A DNA stretch of 64,000 nucleotides, from the NCBI GenBank assembly GCA_963807855.1, contig CAWEEB010000038.1:76158-140157 (forward strand), written 5' to 3'. Positions 30,647 to 41,891 of this stretch are shown here, piece by piece (position 1 is the first letter of the stretch; every line of letters begins with the position of its first letter). A model generated the notes under the pieces. It worked only from the letters and a program-made list of their open reading frames with translations, ran no database searches and was not told where the DNA came from. A program made the position numbers and the translations under genes. This DNA comes from an uncultured Gammaproteobacteria bacterium (GTDB lineage: Bacteria; Pseudomonadota; Gammaproteobacteria; Thiotrichales; Thiotrichaceae).

Positions 30647-32152
30647 CTATCTGTTATATATTTCAATATAAGCGTCAGCGCTTTTTCCCCAACTAAAATC
30701 CTGTGTCATTGCATTTATTTGCAATTGCTGCCAGCTTTTTTTATTTTCAAATAATGAAATCGCGCGTATTATAGTCCTAATTAATTCTTCTGTATTTGCT
30801 TTTTTTAAAACAAATCCGTTAGGTTTAAAAGACTGTTTTGTTGACTGTTTCATAGCCTTTTTGGTCTCTGCCAAGTCAGCACTTGGATCATTTCCATCTA
30901 CATCGATAACGGTATCTGCAAGCCCCCCCGTGCGATTGACGATAGGTAATGTGCCATAACTCAAGCTGTACATTTGATTAAGCCCACAAGGCTCAAATCG
31001 TGAAGGCATTAAGAAAATGTCACAGCCGGCTTCTAGCAGATGCGCTTTTTCTTCGTCATAGCCAATAGTTATTGACACTCGCTGTGGATATTTTTTATTG
31101 AGTTTTTTCAGCTCAGTTTCAATAGAGGCGTGGCCTGTACCAATGATGACAAAATTAGCATTTGTATCGGCAAGAATTTTTGGAATAGCTTCAAGGACCA
31201 TATCAATCCCTTTTTGCTCTACAAGACGACTGACAAGCCCCAGTAATGGCGCTTCCAATTGTTCCTTGTTAGCAGTAATGCCATACGACTCTAGTAATGC
31301 TTTTTTATTTTTTTGTTTACCGGGGTTGAGGCGTTGTGCCGTAAAGTTAAATGGAATATGGGAATCTGTGGCCGGATTCCATACTTTGGTATCTATACCG
31401 TTGAGTATTCCAGATAATTTATAACTTCTGGATGAAAGCACACCCTCAAGACCGTATCCAAATTCAGCGGTACAAATCTCTTTGGCATAAGTAGGGCTAA
31501 CGGTTGTAACAGCGTCAGAATAAACGATGCCAGCTTTGATCATGGATAAATTACCGTAAAACTCGACACCTTCCATCGACCACCAGCCGCCTGGCAATTT
31601 TAGTCGGTTATATTCTTCCCGCGAGAAACTACCACTATAAGCCAGATTATGTATGGTGAAAATTCGACGTGGGCGTTCTGGTTCGTGCTCTAGAAATGCC
31701 GCTACCAAGCCAGTTTGCCAATCGTTACAATGTACAACATCAGCCTTCCATCCCTTATTTAATTTATCCAGGCTCAATGCCGCAACTGCTTTAGAAAATA
31801 GAGTGAAGCGTTCGGCATTATCGGACCAATCATGACCATTCGCATCGGTGTAAGGGTTACCGTCACGATCGAATAAATGCTGATAATCAACCAGCCATAT
31901 CGGCATTTCAAACAAGGTGTGTTTAGCTTCTAATATACGCACATCTCTTGTGATTCCCGCCAACTCCAGTTTTAACCAACCCAGTGTCTTGAATGAATCC
32001 AGCTTATTCAATAAATCCCGGTAGGCAGGGAGAACCAGGCGCACATCATGATTCTTTTCTTTTAATGCATGTGGCAAGCTGTATGAGACATCGCCCAATC
32101 CACCTGTTTTTAATAAAGGCCACACTTCGCTGGTAGCAAATAGAACCTTCAT
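30647..32152 (-). CDS. glgA: Glycogen synthase
   Basis: KTGGLGDV, HCNDWQ, TIHNLAY and PSRFEPCGLNQ motifs. Confidence 0.96.
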   Translation of the reverse strand: MKVLFATSEVWPLLKTGGLGDVSYSLPHALKEKNHDVRLVLPAYRDLLNKLDSFKTLGWLKLELAGITRDVRILEAKHTLFEMPIWLVDYQHLFDRDGNPYTDANGHDWSDNAERFTLFSKAVAALSLDKLNKGWKADVVHCNDWQTGLVAAFLEHEPERPRRIFTIHNLAYSGSFSREEYNRLKLPGGWWSMEGVEFYGNLSMIKAGIVYSDAVTTVSPTYAKEICTAEFGYGLEGVLSSRSYKLSGILNGIDTKVWNPATDSHIPFNFTAQRLNPGKQKNKKALLESYGITANKEQLEAPLLGLVSRLVEQKGIDMVLEAIPKILADTNANFVIIGTGHASIETELKKLNKKYPQRVSITIGYDEEKAHLLEAGCDIFLMPSRFEPCGLNQMYSLSYGTLPIVNRTGGLADTVIDVDGNDPSADLAETKKAMKQSTKQSFKPNGFVLKKANTEELIRTIIRAISLFENKKSWQQLQINAMTQDFSWGKSADAYIEIYNR

Positions 32153-32279
32153 TTTAAAATCTCCATTAACCTATACTTCCCAATTTTCTTCCCAACATTC
32201 TTGCTTAAACTCTTCTCTAATACTTGTTACATGGTTGCTTAAATTTAACTTAAAGAAGCTAACTATAAATAGACAAAGT

Positions 32280-32304
32280 CACCCCCTTACTTATAGGCAA
32301 TTTT
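32280..32304 (+). repeat. C6 motif copy 12
   Basis: CACCCCCTTACTTATAGGCAATTTT between the minus-strand genes glgB and glgA. Confidence 0.7.
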
Positions 32305-32332
32305 CATGCCAGCACCAGTTAATAACTACCGC

Positions 32333-34618
32333 TTATTCTGAGAAATCTCCTTTCAAGAAAACAGCACTCAATGGCGGCAAAGTAACACTAATTGATTGCA
32401 GAAACCCAGTCCATGGTATTGATTCAACTAAAATGGGATTATGATTGCCACAATTTGAGCCGGAATAATAAGCAGAATCAGTATTCAGTACCTCATGATA
32501 AGAAACTGCAGCCGGTATACCAATTCGATAATTCGTTCGAGGTACTGGAGTATAATTTAACAAGCAAATTATCGAATCTCGAGGATCTAGTTGATTTGCG
32601 CATTAGAGTAAGTACTGACTGGTCTGAATCGTTACAATCTATCCACTCAAAACCGTCGTGCGAAAAGTCCCAATAATACAATGCTGTCTCATTCTGGTAT
32701 AACTTATTGAGATCGGAAACTAATTGACTAATACCTTGGTGACAATCTACAGAGGTTAAGGCCCAGTCAAGCTGACCATCATCATTCCATTCAATCCATT
32801 GCGCAAACTCACCCCCCATAAATAGTAGTTTTTTACCCGGGTGAATATATTGCCAGGCATAGAGTAAACGTAAATTAGCCAGCTTTTGCCAATCATCACC
32901 CGGCATTTTACTAACCAGACTCCGTTTTCCGTGCACTACTTCATCATGGGATAATGGCAAAATAAAGTTTTCAGAATAGCTGTAGATTTGACTGAAAGTT
33001 AGCTGATTATGGTGATATTTACGATGTATCGGATCAGTTTCCATATATTTCAGGTTGTCATTCATCCAGCCCATATTCCATTTTATGGAAAAACCTAAGC
33101 CACCTAGTTCCACTGGGCGAGAAACCATCGGCCAAGCCGTCGATTCTTCAGCCATCGTTAAAACACCAGGATGCAGTCCATGAACCGTAGTATTCATTTG
33201 TTTTAGAAATTCAATCGCTTCCAGGTTTTCTCTACCACCAAACTCATTCGGCAACCACTCGCCAGCTTCTCTGGAATAATCCAGATAAAGCATCGAAGCT
33301 ACCGCATCAACACGAAGACCATCTAAATGAAATTCTTCAATCCAGTAAACCGCATTGGTAATCAGAAAGTTTCGTACTTCGTTACGTCCATAATTGAAGA
33401 TTAGGGTACCCCAATCCTGATGCTCACCTTTTCGAGGATCAGCATGTTCATAGAGCGCATCTCCATTAAATTTTGCCAGAGCAAAAGCATCTTTTGGGAA
33501 GTGGGCAGGCACCCAATCCAGAATCACACCAATATCTGCTTTATGACATTCATTGATAAAGAAACGAAAATCTTCGGATGTCCCAAAACGTGCAGTAGGC
33601 GCAAAGAAACCCGTTACCTGATATCCCCAGGATTGATCCAGAGGGTGTTCTGCAATAGGGAGTAGCTCAATATGTGTATAAGCCAATTGCTTGATATAGG
33701 GAATCAGTTGTTTGGCTATTTCTCTCCAATTCAGAAAGTTGCCTTGATCATCACGACGCCAGGAACCAGCATGTAGTTCATAGATGCTTACAGGTTTATG
33801 CTGCCAATCGAATTCGGCGCGATGGTCTAACCATGCCTGATCTTGCCACTCAAATTGTTCCGCCGATGGAATGTGTGATGTTGTATCAGGTCGAAGCGCC
33901 ATAGATTGCGCATAAGGATCTGTTTTCTTTAGAACTTCATCATTCTGCGTGAGAATTTCATATTTATAATTGTCATTGGCAAGCAATCCCGGGATGAATA
34001 ATTCCCAAAGACCTGATGACCCACGGCTGCGCATGGGATGTCTGCGACCATCCCAACCATTGAAGTCACCCACGACGCTCAATCTTTTTACGTTAGGGCA
34101 CCATATTGCGAATTGACAACCGGTTACGCCATCAATAGTTTGAATATGAGCACCCAAAAATTTATAGGCATGATGATGCTTTCCTTCAGCAAAAAGGTAG
34201 ATGTCCATCTCCCCTATTTGCGGCTGAAAGCTATATGCCGATATCGATTCGTGCCATTGCTTCACTGCCTTTTTGTTGCCATCTGAGTGTGTAATGTCCA
34301 TCGAGTAGAGATTGAGCTTCTTTAGGCGTTAATTTATATTCAAAAATGTCACTATTGGGGATACGCGTCATTGTGCCTATCCCTTTCAGTTCAACGACTT
34401 CAGCATGTGGCAGAAAGCTGCGAACAATTGTTTCTTCTTTTTTTGCATTCTTTAAGGTATGAATACCGAGGACATCAAATGGGTCATGATGTTTACCCTG
34501 CTGCACTCTAACCAAGTCATCAGATAAAGCGTCTTCAATTACGATTTTGTCAGTAGTTTTTTTCTCAGCAAGTTTTTTGGCTAGTAGTTGCTTTCTTAAC
34601 TGTCTTTTTATTCGTCAT
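32333..34618 (-). CDS. glgB: 1,4-alpha-glucan branching enzyme, split by about 3 frameshifts
   Basis: Pieces 34231-34515 (HHDPFDVLGIH), 32493-34301 (WGYQ, DWVPAHF, RVDAVASM, AEES, LSHDEVVH) and 32333-32563 (NYTPVPR..YRIG, LPPL); ATG at 34618. Confidence 0.9.
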
Positions 34619-34638
34619 GTTTTTCTTAGGCTGTGCCA

Positions 34639-36033
34639 TTAGTGTGTATCCGTTTTATATAAGCGACCAGCATTATCAAGTTGCTCTCTGGTCTTATTAG
34701 CTATGCTTTCGGTTATTAGTTCCCATTGAAATTTCCAGGTCCAGTTATCATCAGATATTCCGGGTATATTCATGCGTGCTTCAGAACCCAGATTAAGTAA
34801 ATCCTGAACAGGAATAATGGCTAATTGTCCCTGGCTATTGAAGGCAACCTCGACCATTTTTTCGGTTACTTTTGTCAGGATCTGTTATTTCCAAAGTGTT
34901 CAAAATATGATTTTGTGACTCTGTGCTCCTGACTATTAAACCAGCCGAGGGTTGTATCGTTATCATGAGTGCCCGTATAAACAATACGATCATAAGTAAT
35001 GTTTTCAGGCTTATGCGGATTATCCGTAAATCCATCAAATGAAAATTGTAAAACAGACATTCCCGGGAGTTCGTATTTCTCACGCAGTGCATTCACCTCA
35101 GGAGTAATAATCCCCAAGTCTTCAGCAACAATTGCTAATGACCCCATCTCCTGCTTTAAATGCTGCAGTAATTCTTCACCCGGTACTTTTTGCCACTCGC
35201 CATCAATTGCTGTTTCGCACTCGCTGGGAATCACCCATACCGCCTCTAGACCACGAAAGTGATCAATGCGTACTAGATCAAAAAGACTAAAATGATTTTT
35301 TAAGCGTTGCATCCACCATTTAAAATCATCTTCACGCATTTGCGCCCAATTATAGTGCGGGTTACCCCAGCGCTGCCCTGTTTCGGAGAAATAGTCAGGT
35401 GGCACTCCAGCAACAACGGCGGGTTGGCCATTTTCATCTAATAGAAATGCTTCAGGGTTAGTCCATGTATCTGCACTGTCGTGAGCAATGAAAATAGGCA
35501 TATCACCAAAGATCATTATATTGTGTTTGTGTGCATAGGTTTGAACTTCACCCCAACGATGATAAAGACAAAATTGCTGCCAACAAATAACGTTTAACTG
35601 CTGTAGATTCTCGGCTCTATAAGTATCTAAAGCTGCTCGCTGGCGATGTTTGTATTCATCAGGCCATTCATACCAGGGTATAAAATCAAAGCTTTGCTTA
35701 AGCGACATGAACAACGCATAGTCTTTTACCCAATATTCCTGGTCGTTTAACCAGTCGTTGAAACTCAGTATCTGCATCATTTCTATCTTCGTAGGCTGAC
35801 TCCTCAAGCAACGCTGGGTTTATCGCGAAAGCTGAATAACACTGATAAGGAGATAAATTTTCCTGAGGTACACCTAAAGGTAAAATTTGCCAGACACTCA
35901 AACCGGCATCCGACATGAAATCTAGCCAACGAAAAGCATCGTTATCTAAAACCCCTGAAGGAAGAGAGGTTGGGTGCAATAAAACACCTCCTAATCGAAC
36001 TCTTTTTTCTATTAACTCGGAATAGGTTTCCAT
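34639..36033 (-). CDS. malQ: 4-alpha-glucanotransferase (amylomaltase), frameshifted
   Basis: GVLLHPTSLP and WQILPL (35698-36033); GDMPIF, GQRWGNP, RIDHFRG, AEDLG and YTGTHDNDT (34875-35807); PVQDLLNLGSEARMNIPG..NWTW (34639-34857). Confidence 0.9.
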
Positions 36034-37761
36034 TTAGACATTACGCCTCATGGTTCCTGAATTCTCGGCATCTCCTCCGCCGAGAGAAATAGGATGATCA
36101 AGTTCTACCGGAGGAGTTTTATCGATTAAATCATAAAGTTTTTTCAACTGGATGCGATATAACTCGTCAAAGTCATGAACACTTCCAGAGGAATTATAAT
36201 CACCAAACCACCAGAACCAATCGGACCCTTCACAAATCGCAAGTTGATCATCAAGCTCAAGTAATTCGTCTTTAGATAGGAGTCCTTTCGCCACTGCCTT
36301 ATCACAGTCTTTTTTTGCAGCAACCAGATATTCCCACGCACGGTTTTTATCTTCCTGCCCTATCCACGTGGTAAAGCTTCCATACACCCAGCTTCCTGCA
36401 CAAATTTTGTCTACTTTAGTAGCGGCAACGGTCTTTGTAGTCTTTGCAAAAGTAGTGACTTCAATTTCTTCACATTGACTCATTTTCTCATATAGTGCAT
36501 CAAGAAAATAATAACCATTGTCATGATAATATTCCCAGGCATTCTCTCCATCTAAAATGACAGAGACCACCTGTTGATCGGCATCTTCGCCGACAAAATT
36601 AGCAATATTTTGCAAGTTTTCAACAAAGTTAAGCGCTGCATCGTCGGCATTCCAGTGACTATATTCAAAACCTATAAAATCAGATAAGCCATCATCTCTA
36701 AAATATAATTGAGTCTTATTTTCTTTATATTGATAAGGTCTGAATAATGCTTTTTTATTGTGAATTTCTTCAGAGTCCATCTGGTTCAGATCACAGGTAT
36801 TACGCCAGACTTGTTCGCCCGAAGCGGTCCAACTGATACCAAAATCATTGAGCATTTCAATCGCATCCTCGCTAACGCCACCTTCTGATAGCCAAACTCC
36901 ATCTGGCTTTTTACCAAAATGATGTTGAAACGATTGAATACCTTTTTCCATATGCCATTCAGAACGACTAACGCCATTCGGATAATCATCACAGTTTGGC
37001 ATCGGAGCTTCGGGTGACGAACAGCGCATATTTTCAAATTTATTTAATAATGGCACTATAGGATGTGCATAAGGCGTTAAAGACAACTCTATTTGTCCGC
37101 TATCTGCTAATGCACGATAACGAGGGATAATCCCACTTAAGGCTTCATAAATGATGGTAACCAACTGTTTGCGATCATCCAGAGAATAATCGTGTCCTTT
37201 CTCAAACAATTCCGTGACTTGCTTCGAACCTTTTAATGAATGCCCGAGCCAAGCCAGATGATACCAAACGACTAAATCATGAAATTTCTGATCCTCTAAA
37301 CTTTCTAGAGAGAATTCTTTCTCATTAGTATTGTGATCAAACGCATTCTCCATGTTTTGCATCAGTAGATTAAAAGCAGGATAAGGCTCAATCATTCGTG
37401 GTGCATAACAGCGTTTACAATCTTCGAATAAACGCTTTTTTTGCTCTAAATTAACCGGAATATCTGCAGTTCCCGCAAGTACAGAAAGCAATGGATCTGA
37501 TAATTGATTTACTTTGTGGGAAGCACTCGCCTGATAGTGTTTAAGTTCTTCCACATATTGATCGAGCTGCTCTAGCAATACCGGTGAAAAATTAACAACA
37601 GTAGCCATATCCGGATGATTCTCCAGATGCTTTGCCATATCTGTGTAATCTTTAATACCATGCAGATAAACCCATGGCAGATGAAAAGTGCCATTATGCC
37701 CTTCACGGTAGTAGGGCTGGTGCATATGCCAGCACAGCACTACTTTCAGTTTTGACTTCAT
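36034..37761 (-). CDS. Glycoside hydrolase family 57 protein
   Basis: GH57 conserved regions WHMHQP, PYAHPIVPLL, GVWLSEG, ILDGENAWE and EGSDWFWW. Confidence 0.9.
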   Translation of the reverse strand: MKSKLKVVLCWHMHQPYYREGHNGTFHLPWVYLHGIKDYTDMAKHLENHPDMATVVNFSPVLLEQLDQYVEELKHYQASASHKVNQLSDPLLSVLAGTADIPVNLEQKKRLFEDCKRCYAPRMIEPYPAFNLLMQNMENAFDHNTNEKEFSLESLEDQKFHDLVVWYHLAWLGHSLKGSKQVTELFEKGHDYSLDDRKQLVTIIYEALSGIIPRYRALADSGQIELSLTPYAHPIVPLLNKFENMRCSSPEAPMPNCDDYPNGVSRSEWHMEKGIQSFQHHFGKKPDGVWLSEGGVSEDAIEMLNDFGISWTASGEQVWRNTCDLNQMDSEEIHNKKALFRPYQYKENKTQLYFRDDGLSDFIGFEYSHWNADDAALNFVENLQNIANFVGEDADQQVVSVILDGENAWEYYHDNGYYFLDALYEKMSQCEEIEVTTFAKTTKTVAATKVDKICAGSWVYGSFTTWIGQEDKNRAWEYLVAAKKDCDKAVAKGLLSKDELLELDDQLAICEGSDWFWWFGDYNSSGSVHDFDELYRIQLKKLYDLIDKTPPVELDHPISLGGGDAENSGTMRRNV

Positions 37762-37764
37762 ATA

Positions 37765-39075
37765 TCAATCGCCTTCAAGTGAAAATATATCCTGGTTGAG
37801 CATCCCAGGTGTAACAAGTACGATGCCTTCGGCAGATACATGATATTTCTTACGATCAGCCTCAAGATCTTCGCCAATAACGGTCCCATCAGGAATAATG
37901 CATGATTTGTCGATAATCGCCTTGGTGATACGACAATTTTTTCCAATACGAACCTTGGGTAAAATCACGCTATCTTTGACGTGAGAGTAACTTTCGATGG
38001 TTGTTCCCGATGAAATAACCGAACGTTTTACTCGAGCACCAGAAATAATACATCCGCCAGAAACTAGTGAATCTATTGCCTCTCCACGTCGTCCTTCATC
38101 ATCAAAAATGAATTTCGCAGGAGGGCTTTGTGTTTGATATGTCCATATGGGCCATTCCTGGTCATAAAGATTAAGCTCAGGCTCAATATCACATAATTCC
38201 ATATTGGTTTTCCAATAGGATTCCAAGGTACCAACATCTCTCCAGAATGAAGGTTCTCCTGTTTTTTCATCGGCGAAGGCATACGCCATCGCAATAGAAT
38301 CTTTAATTTTTGCAGGAATAATATCTTTGCCGAAATCATGTGATGATAAAGGATTCATTGCGTCTTCTCTTAAAGTTTCATAGAGAAAACGAGTAGAGAA
38401 AACATAGATACCCATTGAAGCAAGTGCGGAATTTGGCTTTCCAGGCATTGGCTCAGGGTTTTCAGGTTTTTCTGCAAAACTTGAAATTTGCATATCATCT
38501 TGCACGGCCATCACACCGAAACTAGAAGCCTCTTCTTTGGGTACTTCAATGCAACCCACCGTAAAATCAGCGCCCGATTGAACATGCTGAATCAGCATTT
38601 TGGTGTAATCCATAGTGTAAATATGGTCTCCACCTAAAACAATCACATATTCGGCTCGATGACTGCGCATAATATCGATATTTTGAAATAAGGCGTCTGC
38701 TGTTCCTTTATACCAGGCCTTTTCTGCAGTTCTTTGTTGAGCAGGTAACAATTCTACAAATTCGCCAATTTCAGCACGCAGAAAACTCCAGCCACGTTGT
38801 AAATGTCTCAACAAGGAATGAGATTTATATTGCGTTAAAACTGTAATTTTTCGTAATCCCGAATTCACACAGTTCGAAAGTGCAAAGTCTATAATGCGAT
38901 ATTTACCGCAAATAGGTACTGCAGGTTTTGCACGCCACTTTGTTAAATCCATTAAACGAGAACCTTCTCCTCCCGCAAGAATTAACACGAGTGTTTTACG
39001 CGTCATTTCTGTGGCGGTTCTAGGCTCAAAGTTTTGACTATTTTTTAGAGACTGTTTTGCTGAACCACTATCCAT
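37765..39075 (-). CDS. glgC: Glucose-1-phosphate adenylyltransferase
   Basis: LAGGEGSRL, RAKPAVP, GTADA, DFGKD and WRDVGT motifs. Confidence 0.96.
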   Translation of the reverse strand: MDSGSAKQSLKNSQNFEPRTATEMTRKTLVLILAGGEGSRLMDLTKWRAKPAVPICGKYRIIDFALSNCVNSGLRKITVLTQYKSHSLLRHLQRGWSFLRAEIGEFVELLPAQQRTAEKAWYKGTADALFQNIDIMRSHRAEYVIVLGGDHIYTMDYTKMLIQHVQSGADFTVGCIEVPKEEASSFGVMAVQDDMQISSFAEKPENPEPMPGKPNSALASMGIYVFSTRFLYETLREDAMNPLSSHDFGKDIIPAKIKDSIAMAYAFADEKTGEPSFWRDVGTLESYWKTNMELCDIEPELNLYDQEWPIWTYQTQSPPAKFIFDDEGRRGEAIDSLVSGGCIISGARVKRSVISSGTTIESYSHVKDSVILPKVRIGKNCRITKAIIDKSCIIPDGTVIGEDLEADRKKYHVSAEGIVLVTPGMLNQDIFSLEGD

Positions 39076-39174
39076 TGTCTTTCCTTATATTTGAATGACT
39101 CACTAAACTGAATCATTGTTAACTAAATGTAACTTAGCTGGGGCAATTACTGTGCCAGTACCTTGTTAAAATAT

Positions 39175-40851
39175 TTAATCGTTATCCGGATTAATAACAT
39201 CACGGTAATAATTAATCAGTGTATTGGTTGATCCATCATGGCTTCTTACTTTGTAGGGCTGATCGATATCTTCCAGAATAGTTTTCGTTAACTGTTTACC
39301 TAATTCAACGCCCCACTGATCAAATGAATTGAGATTCCAGATAATTCCCTGTACAAAAATTTTATGCTCATAAAGCGCCAATAGCATGCCTAATGTACGC
39401 GGTGTTAATTTACGAATCAGGATGGTATTGGTCGGATGATTTCCTTCAAAAACCATATGATGGATGCGCTTATCAATATCGCCTAAATCAGCATTACTCG
39501 CCTTGATATCTGCCAAGGTTTCATCGTAATTTCGGCCGCGCATTAACGCTTCTGTTTGCGCCAGCGCATTAGCGAACATAATATTATGCTGTTGCTGGTG
39601 CGTACTGTGCGTCATCATCGATACAATAAAATCTGAGGGAATCATTTTAGTCCCCTGATGAATCGACTGATAGAACGCGTGTTGACCGTTGATGCCTGAC
39701 ATACCCCAAATAATTGGACCGGTTGCATAATCTACTCTTCTTCCATCTCTATCGACAGATTTACCATTGCTTTCCATATCTGCCTGTTCCAGATACATGG
39801 TTAAACTTCTTAAATAATGGTCATACGGAAAAATACCGTAAGATTCAGCCTTAAAAAAGTTGTTATACCAAACACCTAGTAAGCCTAGAATTACCGGCAT
39901 GTTTTTTTCAAGCGGTGCTTCTCTGAAATGCTCATCCATCGAATGCGCGCCTTCGAGCATTTTCTTAAAGTTTTTCATCCCAACTGCCAGAACTACCGAC
40001 AAACCAATCGCTGACCAGAGGGAATATCGTCCACCGACCCAATCCCAGAACTCAAACATATTCTCCGGATCAATACCAAACCGAATTACGCCCTCACGAT
40101 TGGTTGAGACTGCGACAAAATGTTTACTGATATGTTTTTCATCAATTGCCGAGCGCAGAAACCAATTACGGGCAATATGCGCGTTGGTCAGTGTTTCTTG
40201 CGTGGTAAATGTTTTCGAAGATATAACAAATAGCGTTGTTTCAGGATTAAGTTGCTCCAACGACTGATCAATATGCGCGCCATCTACATTAGAAATAAAA
40301 TGTACCGTTAAACGTTTATGGTGATATGGCTTAAGTGCTTCATACACCATTTTTGGCCCCAAATCCGAGCCACCTATTCCCACATTTACGATGTCAGTAA
40401 TAACTTTGCCGCTATAGCCTTTCCAGCTTCCCTCTCGTACTTTTTCAGAAAAATTCTCCATTTTATCAATGGTCGAATTGATCATTGGCATGATGTCTTC
40501 ACCATCAACCATGATTGGAGTATTGGCCCGATTACGTAATGCTGTATGCAATACCGCCCTACCTTCGGTATTATTAATTTTTTCGCCGCTAAACATCCGC
40601 TCGCGCCAACTCTCTAGATCTGCTTCTTTTGCAAGTTCACAAAGTAAAGGAATCGTTTCGTGTGAAATCCGGTTTTTAGAATAGTCGAGAAACAAACCGT
40701 TATATTCAATCGAATACTTATTAACCCTTCGCGGATCAACGCTAAATAATCGGCGCATATGAAGTTGACTTACCTGCTGAAAATGCTTTTGCAGTTTCTT
40801 GTATGCTGGCAACTCCGTCAGTGATGGTTTTTCTTTGTTAGTATTTACCAT
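39175..40851 (-). CDS. pgi: Glucose-6-phosphate isomerase
   Basis: [27 protein letters not shown] and [10 protein letters not shown] motifs. Confidence 0.97.
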   Translation of the reverse strand: MVNTNKEKPSLTELPAYKKLQKHFQQVSQLHMRRLFSVDPRRVNKYSIEYNGLFLDYSKNRISHETIPLLCELAKEADLESWRERMFSGEKINNTEGRAVLHTALRNRANTPIMVDGEDIMPMINSTIDKMENFSEKVREGSWKGYSGKVITDIVNVGIGGSDLGPKMVYEALKPYHHKRLTVHFISNVDGAHIDQSLEQLNPETTLFVISSKTFTTQETLTNAHIARNWFLRSAIDEKHISKHFVAVSTNREGVIRFGIDPENMFEFWDWVGGRYSLWSAIGLSVVLAVGMKNFKKMLEGAHSMDEHFREAPLEKNMPVILGLLGVWYNNFFKAESYGIFPYDHYLRSLTMYLEQADMESNGKSVDRDGRRVDYATGPIIWGMSGINGQHAFYQSIHQGTKMIPSDFIVSMMTHSTHQQQHNIMFANALAQTEALMRGRNYDETLADIKASNADLGDIDKRIHHMVFEGNHPTNTILIRKLTPRTLGMLLALYEHKIFVQGIIWNLNSFDQWGVELGKQLTKTILEDIDQPYKVRSHDGSTNTLINYYRDVINPDND

Positions 40852-41253
40852 TATCAGTTTTACCAGTTATAAATTTTACTCGACGAATTATAAACGATTT
40901 ATGAATTTGTAAATTTGACCTGATCAAGACTACTGTTGAAAAATCGATTTTTTAAAATAAGTGATATGCACTTTTGAAAAAAATATCAGTTATGTGAATA
41001 ATCCTTAACTAATTAGAATACAAATATCACCGATGAAGTAATTTCGAAAAATTGACTGAAATTAACCGCCTGCTTAGTAAATAATAGCAGTATTTTCAGT
41101 TTTACAGCTGACATAAGCTGATACTGTAATGGCATTTAATTATATTGGTACAGCATTATGATTGTCCTTATATATAGTACAAATAGAGTTAAAAGGTAAA
41201 TTGGTTAGACTATAAATCACAATTCTCAATTTCTCATAACACCCTGTGAATTC

Positions 41254-41372
41254 TGAGATTCCCCCGTTATCACGGACACTCTAAATTGGGGTCATTATAG
41301 TTAACCTCATAAAAGGAGTATCCAATGGTAACAAAAAGAAAACCCTACAAAACCTTTACCCGTGAGTTTTAA
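41254..41372 (+). mobile_element. IS3-family left-end remnant
   Basis: TGAGATTCCCCCGTTATCACGGACAC resembles IS3/IS600-type IRL (TG...GGACAC); AAGGAG RBS then MVTKRKPYKTFTREF* (41325-41372), a truncated OrfA-like start. Confidence 0.7.
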
Positions 41373-41575
41373 TTATAATCTGCACATCTTATAATGAAAA
41401 TTGCTTTTCAATGATGGATTTAATCTAAATTGACAATACTAATAAGTAAAGCTAACTTGTACATGCTTTAATCTTTAGTTTTGATAGCCAGCTTTTTCCT
41501 CTATCATGATATTAACATCAAGCCCTGGAAATATATTTTCAGTTTTTAATCATTAATTCAAGAATACGTCAAAAA

Positions 41576-41827
41576 ATGGATAACTCTTTAATACAACAAG
41601 GGCTTAATCTTATGCTGTTTGGCATGGGGACAGTATTTATTTTCCTCACGATACTTATTTTCGCAACTGGAGGCATGTCAAAAGTTATATTGCGCTGGTT
41701 TCCTGAAAAAATTATTGAGCCGCCTGCCCCAAGAAAGAAGGCCAATACAGCCAACGGAGCCAGTATTGGCCCAGCCACTTTAAAGATACTTCAAGCGGCT
41801 ATTGACCATCACCGTAAAGGTAAATAA
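41576..41827 (+). CDS. oadG: Oxaloacetate decarboxylase gamma subunit
   Basis: GMGTVFIFL TM segment and C-terminal AAIDHHR; precedes oadA. Confidence 0.9.
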   Translation: MDNSLIQQGLNLMLFGMGTVFIFLTILIFATGGMSKVILRWFPEKIIEPPAPRKKANTANGASIGPATLKILQAAIDHHRKGK

Positions 41828-41891
41828 ACAAGCTCCCATTATTTTGTGGGAGAAACAGCAACAGTAACCTAAATAGAATAGTTAGAGCACT

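Noticed and set aside
32810-32835. CACCCCCC in glgB as a motif copy
   Set aside because: Lacks the ACTTTT core and is explained by the conserved peptide KKLLFMGGEF.
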